NCBI GenBank assembly: GCA_965207495.1
Contig: OZ242287.1
Span: forward strand, 2,780,880-2,844,879
Direction: 5' to 3'
Length of the DNA stretch: 64,000 nucleotides
Origin: Caldilineaceae bacterium
Lineage (GTDB): Bacteria > Chloroflexota > Anaerolineae > Caldilineales > Caldilineaceae
Under the pieces are notes generated by a model. It worked only from the letters and a program-made list of their open reading frames with translations. It made no database searches and was not told the origin of the DNA. Shown here piece by piece: positions 43,034 through 53,031 of this stretch. A program made the position numbers and the translations under genes. Within the stretch, counting starts at the first letter, position 1, and every line of letters starts with the position of its first letter.

Positions 43034-44815
43034 CTAGGCTTCTACTGCAGTCAACTGGTCCTCATAAATCCTTCGATACAGCTCCGAATTCTCAAATAGC
43101 TCCTGATGGTTTCCGGCAGCTGCTATCTGGCCCTTCTCCAACATCAGAATCGTGTCGGCCAGGCGCACCGTGCTGAGTCGCTGCGCAATGACGACCGACG
43201 TTCTTCCCTTCATCAGATTCGAAAGGGCTTTCTGAATGAGGTGCTCGGTCTGAGTATCCACGCTCGAAGTCGCGTCATCCAGGATAAGTATCCGTGGATC
43301 GGTCAGCAGTGTCCTTGCGATGGCAACGCGTTGTCTCTGGCCGCCCGAAAGGGTTGCGCCCCTTTCCCCCACCTTCGTTTCGTAGCCGTCTGGAAAGCTC
43401 TCGATGAACTCGTGGGCCTGGGCCGCCTCCGCCGCCTCGACCACCTCTGCATCGGTCGCGTCGAGCCGCCCGAAAGCGATATTCTCCCGTATCGTTGTGG
43501 CAAAAAGCGTTGACTCCTGCAGGACTATGCCAATCTGACTACGGAGAGAATGCAGTGTTGCCGAACGAATATCACGCCCGTCCAGCAGAATACGCCCCTC
43601 TGTCGGGTCATAAAAGCGCGGGATCATGTTGATGATCGATGACTTGCCTGAACCGGTTGGCCCGAGCAATGCAAGCACTTGACCCGGTTCTATTTCAAAC
43701 GAAACATCACGCAGTACATGGTGAGGGCGAGCGTAGCTGAACGAAACGTTGTCGAACCGGAGGTGCCCGTCTACCTCGCCCAGCGGCGTAGCGTCCTCCG
43801 AGTCCTTTATCCTTGTCTCCTCGTCCAGGATTTCGAAAACCCGTTCGGCCGATGCGCCGGCCATCGCAATGGCGGGAATGAGAAAGCCCAGCCTGCGTAT
43901 CGGTGAAGTCAGCTGCGCAAGATAGGTGATGAAGGCCACAAGTTCGCCCAGCGTCAGACTCCCCCGGATAACAAGGTAACCCCCCAGCCAGATAATGATC
44001 ACGGTGGCGAGATTGGCAATCAGGTCCAGCATCGGCATGTTTAACGCCGTCAGTCTGGCCGTTGCCGCCGCCAGCCCGAACCACTTCTGATTCTCGGTCT
44101 CGAACCGGTCGATCTCAGTATCTTCCTGCGCAAACGCCTTGACGATGCGCGCCCCGCGCAGATTCTGTTCCAGCCGCGTCGTCAGAACCGCCAGCTGCTG
44201 CTGGATCTCCATCGACAACGGTCTGTAGCGGGCGCCGAATCGCATCGCCCGGTGCGCCAGGATCGGCATGGTAAGCATCGCCAGCAATGCCAGCAGCGGG
44301 TCCATCAAAAACAGTGCCACGGCCGAGCCAATGAGCAGGACCACGCCATTTGCAAGCCCCAGAATCGACCGCCCGGTAAGCATGCGTAACCTGTCCACAT
44401 CCTGCATCGCCCGCGACAGAAGTTGCCCCGATTCGGTCCGATCGTGATAGGCAAAGGAGAGGTCAGTGAGTTTCGAATGCAGTTCACGGCGTAAGTCGTA
44501 GGACACGCCCTGCGAAGCAATTTCAGCAAACCGGCTCGAAGCAAAAGTGAGCAGGCCGCGCACTGCCGTCAGCGCCATCAGCCCCACGACCGCCATGGTC
44601 AGCAGTTCCAGGTCATTCTGACGAATACCTTGATCGACGATCCAGCGTATGAATTGGGGCGTTACAAGAAGAATAGCGGTGGTGCCGAGGAGAGAGACGT
44701 AGGCGGCGACTGTCAGGCGAAGGTACGGGCGCAAACAACCGAGGGCCCGCAGCAGGTAGCGGCGGCTCTGGTCCGAGCTGGCATGTTTATACGGCTCGTC
44801 AGTAGCGGTTGACAT
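43034..44815 (-). CDS. ABC transporter permease/ATPase fusion (likely heterodimer partner of 41169..42986)
   Basis: 593 aa. TM domain, Walker A GPTGSGKSS, signature LSGGQRQR, Walker B ILILDDATS. 47-nt gap to the downstream paralog. Confidence 0.88.
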   Translation of the reverse strand: MSTATDEPYKHASSDQSRRYLLRALGCLRPYLRLTVAAYVSLLGTTAILLVTPQFIRWIVDQGIRQNDLELLTMAVVGLMALTAVRGLLTFASSRFAEIASQGVSYDLRRELHSKLTDLSFAYHDRTESGQLLSRAMQDVDRLRMLTGRSILGLANGVVLLIGSAVALFLMDPLLALLAMLTMPILAHRAMRFGARYRPLSMEIQQQLAVLTTRLEQNLRGARIVKAFAQEDTEIDRFETENQKWFGLAAATARLTALNMPMLDLIANLATVIIIWLGGYLVIRGSLTLGELVAFITYLAQLTSPIRRLGFLIPAIAMAGASAERVFEILDEETRIKDSEDATPLGEVDGHLRFDNVSFSYARPHHVLRDVSFEIEPGQVLALLGPTGSGKSSIINMIPRFYDPTEGRILLDGRDIRSATLHSLRSQIGIVLQESTLFATTIRENIAFGRLDATDAEVVEAAEAAQAHEFIESFPDGYETKVGERGATLSGGQRQRVAIARTLLTDPRILILDDATSSVDTQTEHLIQKALSNLMKGRTSVVIAQRLSTVRLADTILMLEKGQIAAAGNHQELFENSELYRRIYEDQLTAVEA

Positions 44816-44860
44816 GGTACAAATCCGGTTTAGTGGGGTTGCAAAGAAGACTGCGAACCC

Positions 44861-44869
44861 ATTGTACCA
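44861..44869 (-). promoter_or_regulatory. possible extended -10 element for the ABC exporter operon
   Basis: Minus strand TGGTACAAT, about 45 nt upstream of the ATG at 44815. No good -35. Confidence 0.3.
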
Positions 44870-45307
44870 CGAATTCAGATATTTGGCTCGCGCCCAACGC
44901 GGGCTCCGAGTCGCATTAGCATGGGCAGCGCGACGAGCCTCGGCAAAAGTAGACCGCTACCAGCCAAAACAGGCTGAATCTGCTTACACTATTTCACACG
45001 GCGAGGGCTCCAACACCTTGGTGACATACCACCCACTGTCACTACCAGGCCCCGATAAGCTCCGCGAAAACAGTTTCGGACCGGATGGGATTGCACGCGT
45101 CGGCAGGAACCGAACGATTCCTCAACATCCCGTCAGGATCCTATCGCTAACGCAGTCAGGCGATCCGCCTGTAAACGCAAACCAGCGAAGGCGAATCCCG
45201 AGCGAAAGTACGCTTACCGGAAAATGAGTCCTCCTCGCAGTTCACCAAGCAAACAACAATCCTTGAACCCGGATGCCACAGTCAGGTTCACGCTATAGAC
45301 TGTGAAT

Positions 45308-45853
45308 TCAGAGCTTTCGTACCACGTCACCAGCCCGAATAGGGCCAGGCTGCACCACCTTGGCGTACATGCCGCGCAAACGCATTTCTTTGCCCACCGG
45401 AGTGCTGACGAACTTAACCGCATCGACACCGAAGCGCTCCGCGAACTTCTTGCATCCGGTATGGTCGATTGGCGTAACTTCGATCACTGCCTCTCCCAAT
45501 GCAATACGCGTACCCACGGGCAGGTTAGCCTCGCTCAACTCAAGGTCGATGTAAAGTTGGTCGCCGAAAAGCTGCCAGCGTTCAGCGTCCTGTGCCAGCA
45601 GGCCCGCAACGCGGGCATTCATAATGGTAAGCTGGCGTTCCGGTTCAAGAGGGACATCCGGTGTGCGCGTACTCCAGTTGTCACCGACAAGCCCTTCGGC
45701 AACCGAGAGTTCACCTGCTTCGATCACTTCCCGTTCCCCCGATCGGGGCCGTCTCACGATCAGAGTCAATTCCCCTTCCCTTTTGGGTGAACGCCTGATC
45801 TCCTCCAGATTTCCTTCTAATTCCGCCATCTCTAAGTGGGTTACTGTTGACAT
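45308..45853 (-). CDS. MOSC domain-containing protein (YiiM-like)
   Basis: ORF 45308..45943. ATG at 45853 preferred (GAGGAG upstream). ..AEGLVGDNW...QLTIMNARV...GTRIALGEAVIEVTPIDHTGCKKF fits the MOSC beta-barrel with its conserved Cys. Confidence 0.75.
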   Translation of the reverse strand: MSTVTHLEMAELEGNLEEIRRSPKREGELTLIVRRPRSGEREVIEAGELSVAEGLVGDNWSTRTPDVPLEPERQLTIMNARVAGLLAQDAERWQLFGDQLYIDLELSEANLPVGTRIALGEAVIEVTPIDHTGCKKFAERFGVDAVKFVSTPVGKEMRLRGMYAKVVQPGPIRAGDVVRKL

Positions 45854-45881
45854 GGATCTACTCCTCTCTATCCAATGCTGA

Positions 45882-46457
45882 TCAGCCTGTGAACTCAAGC
45901 TCAGCTGGAGTCGCGGACTCTGTTTCGATCTCTTCCCAGTCATCCTTTAGTGCTGCAAGCCAGCGGCGTATGGCTATCTCGTCAGGCCTGTCACGCCGGC
46001 GCTGCAAGTATATCATTCCAGTGACCAGAAAAGGCAGCAGCACGGGGAAGAGGTAGGGCAGCGCCTCTCGCGCAGTGCTTTCAGCCGTTCCCCGCAACGC
46101 GCCGGCGACCAGGAATGCCAACGGAATCAAAGCGCTCAACCCTATCCACGCGACGGCATAAATGCGCCCAACCGGATGCCACTGGAAGTGACCCGCCAAG
46201 CGGCAGTTCTCACCATCTTCCTGGACAACGCCGTAAAAGTACGTCGAGAAAATGCCTTTGACCGCCGCCTTATTAGGAATGCGTCTGATCTTCACGCCTC
46301 GACCGGCTACCCCTCCGGTAACTTCCTCGCTCGAGGTCAACACATTCTCTAAGCGCCGAGCGGCCGCGTCGGCACCTCCCTCAAGGTTTAGCGAGAGCCG
46401 TCGCCGGCTGGGCGTCCACAGGAAAGCTATGACCGACTTCAGTTCAGTCGATAACAT
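45882..46457 (-). CDS. hypothetical membrane protein (two C-terminal TM helices)
   Basis: 191-aa ORF. Hydrophobic stretches IYAVAWIGLSALIPLAFLVAGAL and LPYLFPVLLPFLVTGMIYL. No family recognised. Confidence 0.5.
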   Translation of the reverse strand: MLSTELKSVIAFLWTPSRRRLSLNLEGGADAAARRLENVLTSSEEVTGGVAGRGVKIRRIPNKAAVKGIFSTYFYGVVQEDGENCRLAGHFQWHPVGRIYAVAWIGLSALIPLAFLVAGALRGTAESTAREALPYLFPVLLPFLVTGMIYLQRRRDRPDEIAIRRWLAALKDDWEEIETESATPAELEFTG

Positions 46458-46629
46458 GTATTCCCTCGCCCTTCAGCCTACGGTCCAGCTTTATCCGGAC
46501 CGACGCCTCTTGTCGGTGCTGTCCCACCAGCCGCCCAACCTCCCAAACCGTCTACCGCGGAAGAGCTACGAGTAAGTTCCCAATATGAAGCAGGCAGTAA
46601 GTCTATAACAGACAGGCCCTCGACGAAGG

Positions 46630-47736
46630 CTAAACGGGATGCAAACCTGGGAATCCCAATCCGGTCGCCTCGTCCCAGCCGCACATGAGATTCATGCTCT
46701 GCAGAGCGCTGCCTGCCGCCCCCTTCACCAGGTTGTCAATGGCGCAAAGCGCGACAACGCGACCCGTGCGCTCGTCCAGTTCGAAACCAACGTCCGCATA
46801 ATTGCTTCCGCTCAGGATCTTCGGCTCGGGGTAACGGTAAATGCCGGTCTTCTCCTTGACGATCCGCACAAAGGGCTCGCCGCGGAAGGTCTGACGGTAA
46901 GCCCGCCACAGATCCCGTTCGCTGACACCCTCTTTGACGAAAACATGGGCCGTCGCCAGCACCCCCCGAACATTGTCGACCGCGGTTGCGCTCATATGGG
47001 CGGCTACCGCGCCATAGTCGTCCGCTTCGGCCTGCGCCAGCGCCTGCAGCAGCTCCGCAGTGTGCCGGTGACCGGTAGGCGCGAAACTGCGCATCACCCG
47101 CGCCCGCTCCGGGTGGTGCGTCGAGTCCCCAGCCCGGTTGCCGCCTTCACTGCTGCCGACCTTGACTTCGCAGATCAAATCCCGCTGCGGGTCTGCAAGC
47201 CCGGCCGAGAAAAGCGGCCACACAGCCAGCGTACTGGCGGTAGCATTGCAGCCAACCCCACTCACATAGTGTGACCCGCGGATTTTCTCGCGGAACAACT
47301 CCGGTAAGCCATACACAAATCTGCCAAGCCACTCCGGCGCGCCGTGTTCTTTACCGTACCAGTCCACATAAGCCTGCGGATCCCGCAGGCGGAAGTCGGC
47401 ACTCATGTCGACGATACGATCGGCCAGCCGCGCGAATTCGGCGATGCGCCCCATCGCGCCGCCGTGCGGAAGCCCCAATACCAGCAGATCGCAAGGCGCC
47501 AGCTCGGCCGAACTGACAAACTTCAGCCTCGTGCGCCCGCGCAAGTTCGGATGGGTGAAATGAACGAACGAACCGGCGTTGCGTTCGCTCGTTACCTGGG
47601 CAATGTCGACGTGAGGATGTTCCAATAGGAGACGCAGCAACTCGCCGCCGGCATAGCCGCTGGCCCCCAAAATTGAAACTGAAACCTTTGAGCTGGAACT
47701 GACCTTCCCCACGCTTTGTACGCTCACATCTTGCAT
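46630..47736 (-). CDS. lysY: N-acetyl-gamma-glutamyl-phosphate reductase homolog; by context [LysW]-aminoadipate 6-phosphate reductase
   Basis: 368 aa. ILGASGYAGGELLRLL Rossmann start and the catalytic-Cys motif GVGCNATA. Directly downstream of lysW-lysX. Confidence 0.8.
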   Translation of the reverse strand: MQDVSVQSVGKVSSSSKVSVSILGASGYAGGELLRLLLEHPHVDIAQVTSERNAGSFVHFTHPNLRGRTRLKFVSSAELAPCDLLVLGLPHGGAMGRIAEFARLADRIVDMSADFRLRDPQAYVDWYGKEHGAPEWLGRFVYGLPELFREKIRGSHYVSGVGCNATASTLAVWPLFSAGLADPQRDLICEVKVGSSEGGNRAGDSTHHPERARVMRSFAPTGHRHTAELLQALAQAEADDYGAVAAHMSATAVDNVRGVLATAHVFVKEGVSERDLWRAYRQTFRGEPFVRIVKEKTGIYRYPEPKILSGSNYADVGFELDERTGRVVALCAIDNLVKGAAGSALQSMNLMCGWDEATGLGFPGLHPV

Positions 47737-47760
47737 GTGGACTTCTTCACCTTTTCCACA

Positions 47761-48642
47761 CTACTTGTTAGCCGCCTCCCAACCGTCACGCCCAACTTGC
47801 AGAGCAAAATCGGCGATGCGGCCCGGTATGTTTACCCCGGTCGGCATTACGCTGTTCCGGAACTCCATCGTGTAGTTCACCTCGTTCACGAGCAGCCCGC
47901 GATCCGGGTCCTCCAGAACGTCGATCGCCACGCACCCGCCACCGACCGCCTTGGCCGCCCCCACGCAAAGATCATTCAGTTCCGGCGTTACCGGACAAAC
48001 AGAAGCCTGACCGCCGCGCGCCGTATTCGTAATCCAATGGGCCGAGTCTCTGTAGATGGCGCAGATCGTCTCGCTGCCCACGGTAAAGGCCCTGATATCG
48101 CGTCCCGGCTTCTCGATATATTCCTGTATATAGAAAATGCTGTGATGGTATGTTCCCAGCACCTCCTTGTGTTCAAGAACCGTCTCCGCAGACTCGCGGT
48201 CGTTGATCTTACTCAACAACCGCCCCCACGATCCAATCGACGGCTTCATCACAACCGGATAGCCCAACTCCTCCATCGCATCCAGTGCGGCGTCGGTAGT
48301 GAAGGCAACCTGCGTGCGAGGCGACGGAATGCCCGCCGCGGTCAGCGCACTCGTTGTCTGAAGCTTGTCGCCGCAAACATCAGCCACCTGCACTGAATTG
48401 ACCGTTGGAATGCCGCGGTCGTTTAGAATGCGCAGACTGACCAGCGCCCGCCCATGATGGATACAGCGTTCGACGATCACATCGTAATCTTCGTAACGCG
48501 CCGTCCGTTCCTCCCCTCCGGTGATGTCGAAGATTAGCTTCCGATCATCAAGCAGGTCGAACGTAGCCCCCCTCTGTGTAAATTCCTCGAACAGCAGCTT
48601 CTCCTCGGCGCGCACGCGGCTGTAGAGGATGCCAACTCGCAT
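47761..48642 (-). CDS. lysX: RimK-type ATP-grasp ligase; alpha-aminoadipate--LysW ligase
   Basis: ORF 47761..48660. ATG at 48642 preferred ([17 protein letters not shown]), 5 nt after the lysW stop. ATP-grasp fold strings ..[15 protein letters not shown].. and ..VNEVN. Confidence 0.85.
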   Translation of the reverse strand: MRVGILYSRVRAEEKLLFEEFTQRGATFDLLDDRKLIFDITGGEERTARYEDYDVIVERCIHHGRALVSLRILNDRGIPTVNSVQVADVCGDKLQTTSALTAAGIPSPRTQVAFTTDAALDAMEELGYPVVMKPSIGSWGRLLSKINDRESAETVLEHKEVLGTYHHSIFYIQEYIEKPGRDIRAFTVGSETICAIYRDSAHWITNTARGGQASVCPVTPELNDLCVGAAKAVGGGCVAIDVLEDPDRGLLVNEVNYTMEFRNSVMPTGVNIPGRIADFALQVGRDGWEAANK

Positions 48643-48647
48643 CTGTC

Positions 48648-48833
48648 CTATTCCCCCCAATCTTCGTCCTCTTCCGGAGCCAGCTCAAGCGCTACCGGGT
48701 CGATCCCAATTACCTCTAGATCCACCCCGCATTCGCCGCACTGGACGATTTCGTTCTCCATCACGTCATTTAGCTCAATCTCGCCGAAGCATTCCGGACA
48801 TTCGGCCACAGCGGTAACGGTTTTCACAGCCAT
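48648..48833 (-). CDS. lysW: amino-group carrier protein LysW
   Basis: 61 aa. Zinc-ribbon CPEC...CGEC and an acidic tail ending EEDEDWGE, the hallmark LysW C-terminus. Confidence 0.9.
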   Translation of the reverse strand: MAVKTVTAVAECPECFGEIELNDVMENEIVQCGECGVDLEVIGIDPVALELAPEEDEDWGE

Positions 48834-48905
48834 TCCCCATCTCCTGGTCTCTGATAATCTCGTTTGTCAATTATGAAACGTAACTGCTAAGCCAAAACTT
48901 TTTTT

Positions 48906-49046
48906 GCAAACCTGAATGAGGCGAGCGCTGGTTTCCTCACTCCTCACTCCTCACTCCTCACTCCTCTTCACTCTCTCCTCGCCTTTGGGCGTTCGGGCCT
49001 TCGGCCCTCCCTTGTGCGGGGGCTGCGCCCCCGCAACGCCCCGCCC
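48906..49046 (+). repeat. modular intergenic repeat, copy C
   Basis: GCAAACCTGAATGAGGCGAGCG, four CCTCACT 7-mers (48935-48962), CTCTCTCCTCGCC, then the 58-nt GC-rich block (48989-49046). The block has hairpins GGGCC-TTCG-GCCC.. (48995-49007) and GCGGGGGC-TGC-GCCCCCGC (49016-49034). Lies between the Nudix gene and lysW. Confidence 0.85.
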
Positions 49047-49221
49047 AAAAAACCCGCCTCATCCACCTAACGCCGTAATTCCAGCGGTGCGTCTCGTCAA
49101 AAGTGGCGGCGGCCAACGGGTACACGATGAGTTAGCCCGAAAGGCTGCGTGACTGAAGGTCTGGTCCACACGGGCACTGTATATGGCTTAGTAGCGACAA
49201 TAAAACTTTGAAAATCAATGT

Positions 49222-49671
49222 TCACCAGTGCGCCGCCACTGCCACTTCGCCCGCTGCATATTCGGCGATCCGTCGCCGCGTGCCAGGTGAAATCCCCTCA
49301 GGCAGTTCGTCGATAGCAAAACAGTTGACGCACTCTATTTCCCTGTTGCTCGCATTTCGCCAACTAAAGTTTTCGCATACGAAGACAACGACGTGATCGC
49401 TCTTTCCTTCGAAAAAGTTGCTGTAAACGCCGAACAGCCGCAACTCCTGCAGGACCGCCCCAACCTCCTCGCCAGCCTCACGACAAATGGCCGCCTCCAA
49501 AGTCTCACCCGCCTGCACCCCGCCGCCCGGAAGATACCAGCCGTCCAGATATGTGTGCCTGACCAGCAAAACCTTTCCCTCGTCAACGGCCATTAGCCTC
49601 ACACCGACTGTCAGTGGTCGGGTCAGTCGCCAGTACAACCGCCGCAGAAAATACAGCAATCTCAAGAACAT
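49222..49671 (-). CDS. NUDIX hydrolase
   Basis: 149 aa. Nudix box GGGVQAGETLEAAICREAGEEVG (GX5EX7REUXEEXGU). Confidence 0.85.
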   Translation of the reverse strand: MFLRLLYFLRRLYWRLTRPLTVGVRLMAVDEGKVLLVRHTYLDGWYLPGGGVQAGETLEAAICREAGEEVGAVLQELRLFGVYSNFFEGKSDHVVVFVCENFSWRNASNREIECVNCFAIDELPEGISPGTRRRIAEYAAGEVAVAAHW

Positions 49672-49716
49672 CAGCGCCCACCCGGCTACAGTCCTGCTCC
49701 CAGGTTTCAGAGCAAT

Positions 49717-50274
49717 CTACCCACTACCTTCGGAGGCCGGCCCCGCCAACGCGAGGCGCCGCTTGACCTGCTCTACCAATCCCCCTGCCTCCACAATCTC
49801 CTGCACCGTAGCGCTCAACGCCGGAAACGCAAACTGGCCGGACCTGCATTCGATTAGCCTTCCTTCTAGGTCGACCGAAACAAGCTCCTGCCCTTGGATC
49901 GCCTGCGCAGCCTCCGGGCAAACGATGGCCAACAGGCCGTTGTTGATGGCGTTACGGTAGAAAATCCGCGCAAAACTTTCCGCAATGACAGCACCCACTC
50001 CGTTGTAAACAAGACAGGTCGCCGCCTGTTCACGGCTGGAGCCGCAACCGAAATTGCGGCCGCCTATGACCAGATCGCCGCGCCGCACATTAGACGCGAA
50101 GGTCGGGTCCAGATCTTCCAATGCGTGGCTGGCGATCTCCTCCTGCCCTTTGACCGTGTAGGTGTACTTGCCCGGAAACAGTACATCGGTATTGATGTTA
50201 TCTCCGTATTTCCAGGCCCTGCCCTGAATTTCCACTGATCCACCCTCCGCTGCCGAAAACTGCCTGGCGTTCAA
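49717..50274 (-). CDS. hacB: aconitase-family dehydratase small subunit (LeuD-like); by context homoaconitase small subunit
   Basis: 185 aa. ..[15 protein letters not shown].. and [14 protein letters not shown] motifs of the short LeuD/HacB type. A separate leuCD pair exists at 18473..20493. Confidence 0.75.
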   Translation of the reverse strand: MNARQFSAAEGGSVEIQGRAWKYGDNINTDVLFPGKYTYTVKGQEEIASHALEDLDPTFASNVRRGDLVIGGRNFGCGSSREQAATCLVYNGVGAVIAESFARIFYRNAINNGLLAIVCPEAAQAIQGQELVSVDLEGRLIECRSGQFAFPALSATVQEIVEAGGLVEQVKRRLALAGPASEGSG

Positions 50275-50320
50275 AAAAGTGCCCGAACTGTATGGTCGGC
50301 GCCCGTTTCCTTTACTGAGA

Positions 50321-51688
50321 TCAGGCTATGCTTCTCGGATCGGCAATCCTGCCCGCAACCGCCGACGCCGCCACCACCGCCGGATTCGCCAAATAGATCT
50401 CCGCGTCCTTCGTGCCCATGCGCCCCCGGAAATTCCGGTTCGCGCTCGAAATAGTAACTTCACCTGTTGCCGGTACACCCATATGATTGCCCATGCAGGG
50501 CCCGCACCCCGGCGTACCGATGGCAGCGCCAGCGGCAACAAGCGCCTGAATGTACCCCCGTTCTAAGGCCTCTTGCAAAACAAGGCTGGATGCCGGAATC
50601 ACCAGCAAGCGCGTCCCAGCAGCTACCTGTCGACCCCGCACAACCTCGGCCGCCTCGGCGATATCTTCAAGACGTCCATTGGTGCAGGTACCGATAAATG
50701 CCTGCTGCACCTTGGTACCTGCCACGGCCGAAAGCGGCGCGACATTGTCCACAGTGTGCGGGCACGAAACCGTCGGCTCCAACGCCCCGGCGCTGTACAG
50801 GTAGGTCGCGGCATACCCGGCGCCTTCATCAGGCAAGAGTTGCAACTTCTCAACATCCGCACGACTCTCTTCCGCGAGGCCTTCCTGCCTCATTCTCGCC
50901 GCCCGCCGCGCCAGAGCAGCCTCCAGATAGGACCTCGTCTTGCCGTCCGGCCGGATGTACGAAGACTTCGCCCCGAATTCGGCCATCATATTCGCAAGCG
51001 CCATCCGCGAATCGACACTCATCGCCTCGATGCCGCTGCCGCTGAACTCAATCGACGCGTAAAGACCCCCGTCTGCCCCCCAGTCGCCGATAATACGCAA
51101 GGCGAAGTCCTTGGCTGTAACGCCCCTGGGCAGCTCCCCTTCCAGCACAATGCTGATCGACTCCGGCACGCGCAGCCACAACTCGCCGGTCGCCCACAGA
51201 GCTGCAACTTCGCTGCGCCCAATCCCCGCGCCGAACGCGCCAAGCCAGCCAAAGTGCGGCGTATGGCTGTCCGCGCCGAGAACTGTCTGCCCCGGCAGAA
51301 CCAATGCCTCTTCACTGAGAACCTGGTGGCAAATCCCCCTGCCTACCTCAAAAAAACTGCTGATGCCCTGCTCCCGAACGAATTCGCGAATTTCGGCGTG
51401 ATTCTGCGCGTGGCGCGTCGTCGGCGCTGGCACGGCATGGTCCAACGTAATCGCCAGCTTATCTGGGATCACGACCCGGCCTTGACCAAACTGCAGCCAG
51501 ATCTCTCGGATGGCGGCCGTATTGTCGTGGCTCAAAACAACGTCAGGCTGCACGTCCACGACTTCGCCAACGTCGACTCTTACGCGCCCAGCCGCTCGCG
51601 CCAGCGCCTTCTGCGCAAATGTCTGTGCTTCAGGGCCGGCTGAATTTGACTGCACCCCCGATAGTTGGGAAGGTGACTTTTGGTTCAT
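50321..51688 (-). CDS. hacA: aconitase-family dehydratase large subunit; by context homoaconitase large subunit
   Basis: 455 aa. ..LSHDNTAAI.., [17 protein letters not shown] and the CGPCMG Fe-S ligand motifs. Confidence 0.75.
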   Translation of the reverse strand: MNQKSPSQLSGVQSNSAGPEAQTFAQKALARAAGRVRVDVGEVVDVQPDVVLSHDNTAAIREIWLQFGQGRVVIPDKLAITLDHAVPAPTTRHAQNHAEIREFVREQGISSFFEVGRGICHQVLSEEALVLPGQTVLGADSHTPHFGWLGAFGAGIGRSEVAALWATGELWLRVPESISIVLEGELPRGVTAKDFALRIIGDWGADGGLYASIEFSGSGIEAMSVDSRMALANMMAEFGAKSSYIRPDGKTRSYLEAALARRAARMRQEGLAEESRADVEKLQLLPDEGAGYAATYLYSAGALEPTVSCPHTVDNVAPLSAVAGTKVQQAFIGTCTNGRLEDIAEAAEVVRGRQVAAGTRLLVIPASSLVLQEALERGYIQALVAAGAAIGTPGCGPCMGNHMGVPATGEVTISSANRNFRGRMGTKDAEIYLANPAVVAASAVAGRIADPRSIA

Positions 51689-51699
51689 CTCAGTTCCCC

Positions 51700-52857
51700 T
51701 TAAGCCGGCGGAGGCGCCACAGTCACCGCCCGACTGTGGTACTCTCGCAGCAACACATCCACATCATCCAGGCTCAACTTTCGCTGGTCCGCCTCCACCT
51801 TGATGTGCGCGGTCACCTCCTTCACCTGCGGATCCGTCAGGTCCAGCTGCAGCTGCTCGGCGCGCTGCTTGACCGCGTTCCACCCCGTGAGTCGATGTGC
51901 AATGTGCAGATAGCGGGTCAGACCGAAGTCCTCCGGATCCAGGATCTCGTAAGTATCCGGATTGTTAAGAATCGCCTTGGCATGAATGCCTGCCTTGTGC
52001 GTGAAAGCTGTGTAACCGGTAATATAGTTGTTAAATGGCACATCAACGCCCACGATCTCGGCAACAAAGTTCTCCACCTCACGCAACATCGGCAGATTGT
52101 ATTTGCTGCGAATCTGATCGGGATCTTGCGCATACATGCGCGCCACCAGGCCCCCCAGCGGCGTAATCCCGTTGCGCTCGCCAATCCCCAGCACCGAAGT
52201 ATCAACGTGCGTCGCCCCGGCCGCCAGCGCACAGTAGGAATTTGCGATCGCGCAGCCCGTATCATTGTGCCCGTGAAACTCGATATCGCAGGAGACCACC
52301 CCGCGCAGCGTTCGCACCAGGTCATGCACCTGCAGCGGCGTGGCGATTCCAACCGTGTCCGCGATCCCCACTCTGTCAACCCCAATCTGGTCGACCTCGC
52401 GGTAGACCGTCAGCAGGTCGACAAGGTCGCTGCGGAAAGAGTCCTCGCTGCTGAAACGGACCTCCAGACCCTGGCTCTTGATGAACTCGACAACCTGCAC
52501 CGCACTGTCGATGATTTCGCGGATCGACTTGCCATGCGAGAACTCGCGCAGGTAGCTGCTCGTGCCGAAGAGGACGTCAATGCCGTCAACGCCGGTGTCC
52601 ACGGCCAGACGCGCGTCATCCAGATGGCAGCGTGTATGGGTCAGCAGTTTCGTGCTCAGCCCCAATCCCGCGATGCGTGAGCAATCCGCACGGCTCTGCG
52701 GGCTGGCGGCAGGAGAAGTCAACTCCAGATATTCAACGCCGAAGGCATCCAATAGCCGGGCGATTTCATCCTTCTGCCCGCTGTCAAAAAAAGCATTGGC
52801 AAACTGCTCACCCTCCCGCAATGTCGACTCGATTATCGAAAAATGTTCTAAGCTCAT
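51700..52857 (-). CDS. hcs: homocitrate synthase
   Basis: ORF 51700..52953 (TTG). ATG at 52857 preferred ([19 protein letters not shown]). [12 protein letters not shown]. About 385 aa, lacking the LeuA regulatory domain. First gene of the lysine cluster. Confidence 0.8.
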   Translation of the reverse strand: MSLEHFSIIESTLREGEQFANAFFDSGQKDEIARLLDAFGVEYLELTSPAASPQSRADCSRIAGLGLSTKLLTHTRCHLDDARLAVDTGVDGIDVLFGTSSYLREFSHGKSIREIIDSAVQVVEFIKSQGLEVRFSSEDSFRSDLVDLLTVYREVDQIGVDRVGIADTVGIATPLQVHDLVRTLRGVVSCDIEFHGHNDTGCAIANSYCALAAGATHVDTSVLGIGERNGITPLGGLVARMYAQDPDQIRSKYNLPMLREVENFVAEIVGVDVPFNNYITGYTAFTHKAGIHAKAILNNPDTYEILDPEDFGLTRYLHIAHRLTGWNAVKQRAEQLQLDLTDPQVKEVTAHIKVEADQRKLSLDDVDVLLREYHSRAVTVAPPPA

Positions 52858-52887
52858 CCTCGCGCTCCCGCCGATCTCAATGGCAAT

Positions 52888-52921
52888 AAAAAAACCGGTC
52901 CATCCTGTCTGGAATGGCCGG
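52888..52921 (-). terminator. intrinsic terminator in the homocitrate synthase leader (candidate attenuator)
   Basis: Minus strand: CCGGCCATTCC-AGACA-GGATGGACCGG (about 10 bp with bulges) followed by TTTTTTT. The U-tract ends 30 nt before the hcs ATG. Confidence 0.65.
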
Positions 52922-52965
52922 TGGCTACGGTTGCAACATCTGAGCAGGCGCAAACAACAGACAGG

Positions 52966-53031
52966 TCAGTCTGGATTCCGCTTCTTGCTCTTTATGCAAT
53001 GCAACTCAGGATACATCCTGTATATTCTCAT
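52966..53031 (-). CDS. candidate lysine leader peptide (21 aa)
   Basis: Manual translation, minus strand, ATG 53031..53029 to TGA 52968..52966: MRIYRMYPELHCIKSKKRNPD (AAG AGC AAG AAG cluster). The stop lies inside the first of three mutually complementary segments. Internal ATG alternative gives MYPELHCIKSKKRNPD. Confidence 0.45.
   Translation of the reverse strand: MRIYRMYPELHCIKSKKRNPD

Noticed and set aside
44815-44867. Inverted repeat GGTACAA...TTGTACC abutting the ABC exporter start codon, considered as a translational riboregulator
   Set aside because: One arm coincides with a plausible extended -10 element (TGGTACAAT). It would therefore mostly lie upstream of the transcript, so a promoter is the simpler explanation.
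48916-49062. 8-bp terminal inverted repeat (ATGAGGCG ... CGCCTCAT) suggesting a MITE
   Set aside because: It is found only in copy C. Copies A and B lack the 3' partner, no target-site duplication is evident, and an 8-bp match over about 150 nt is weak evidence.
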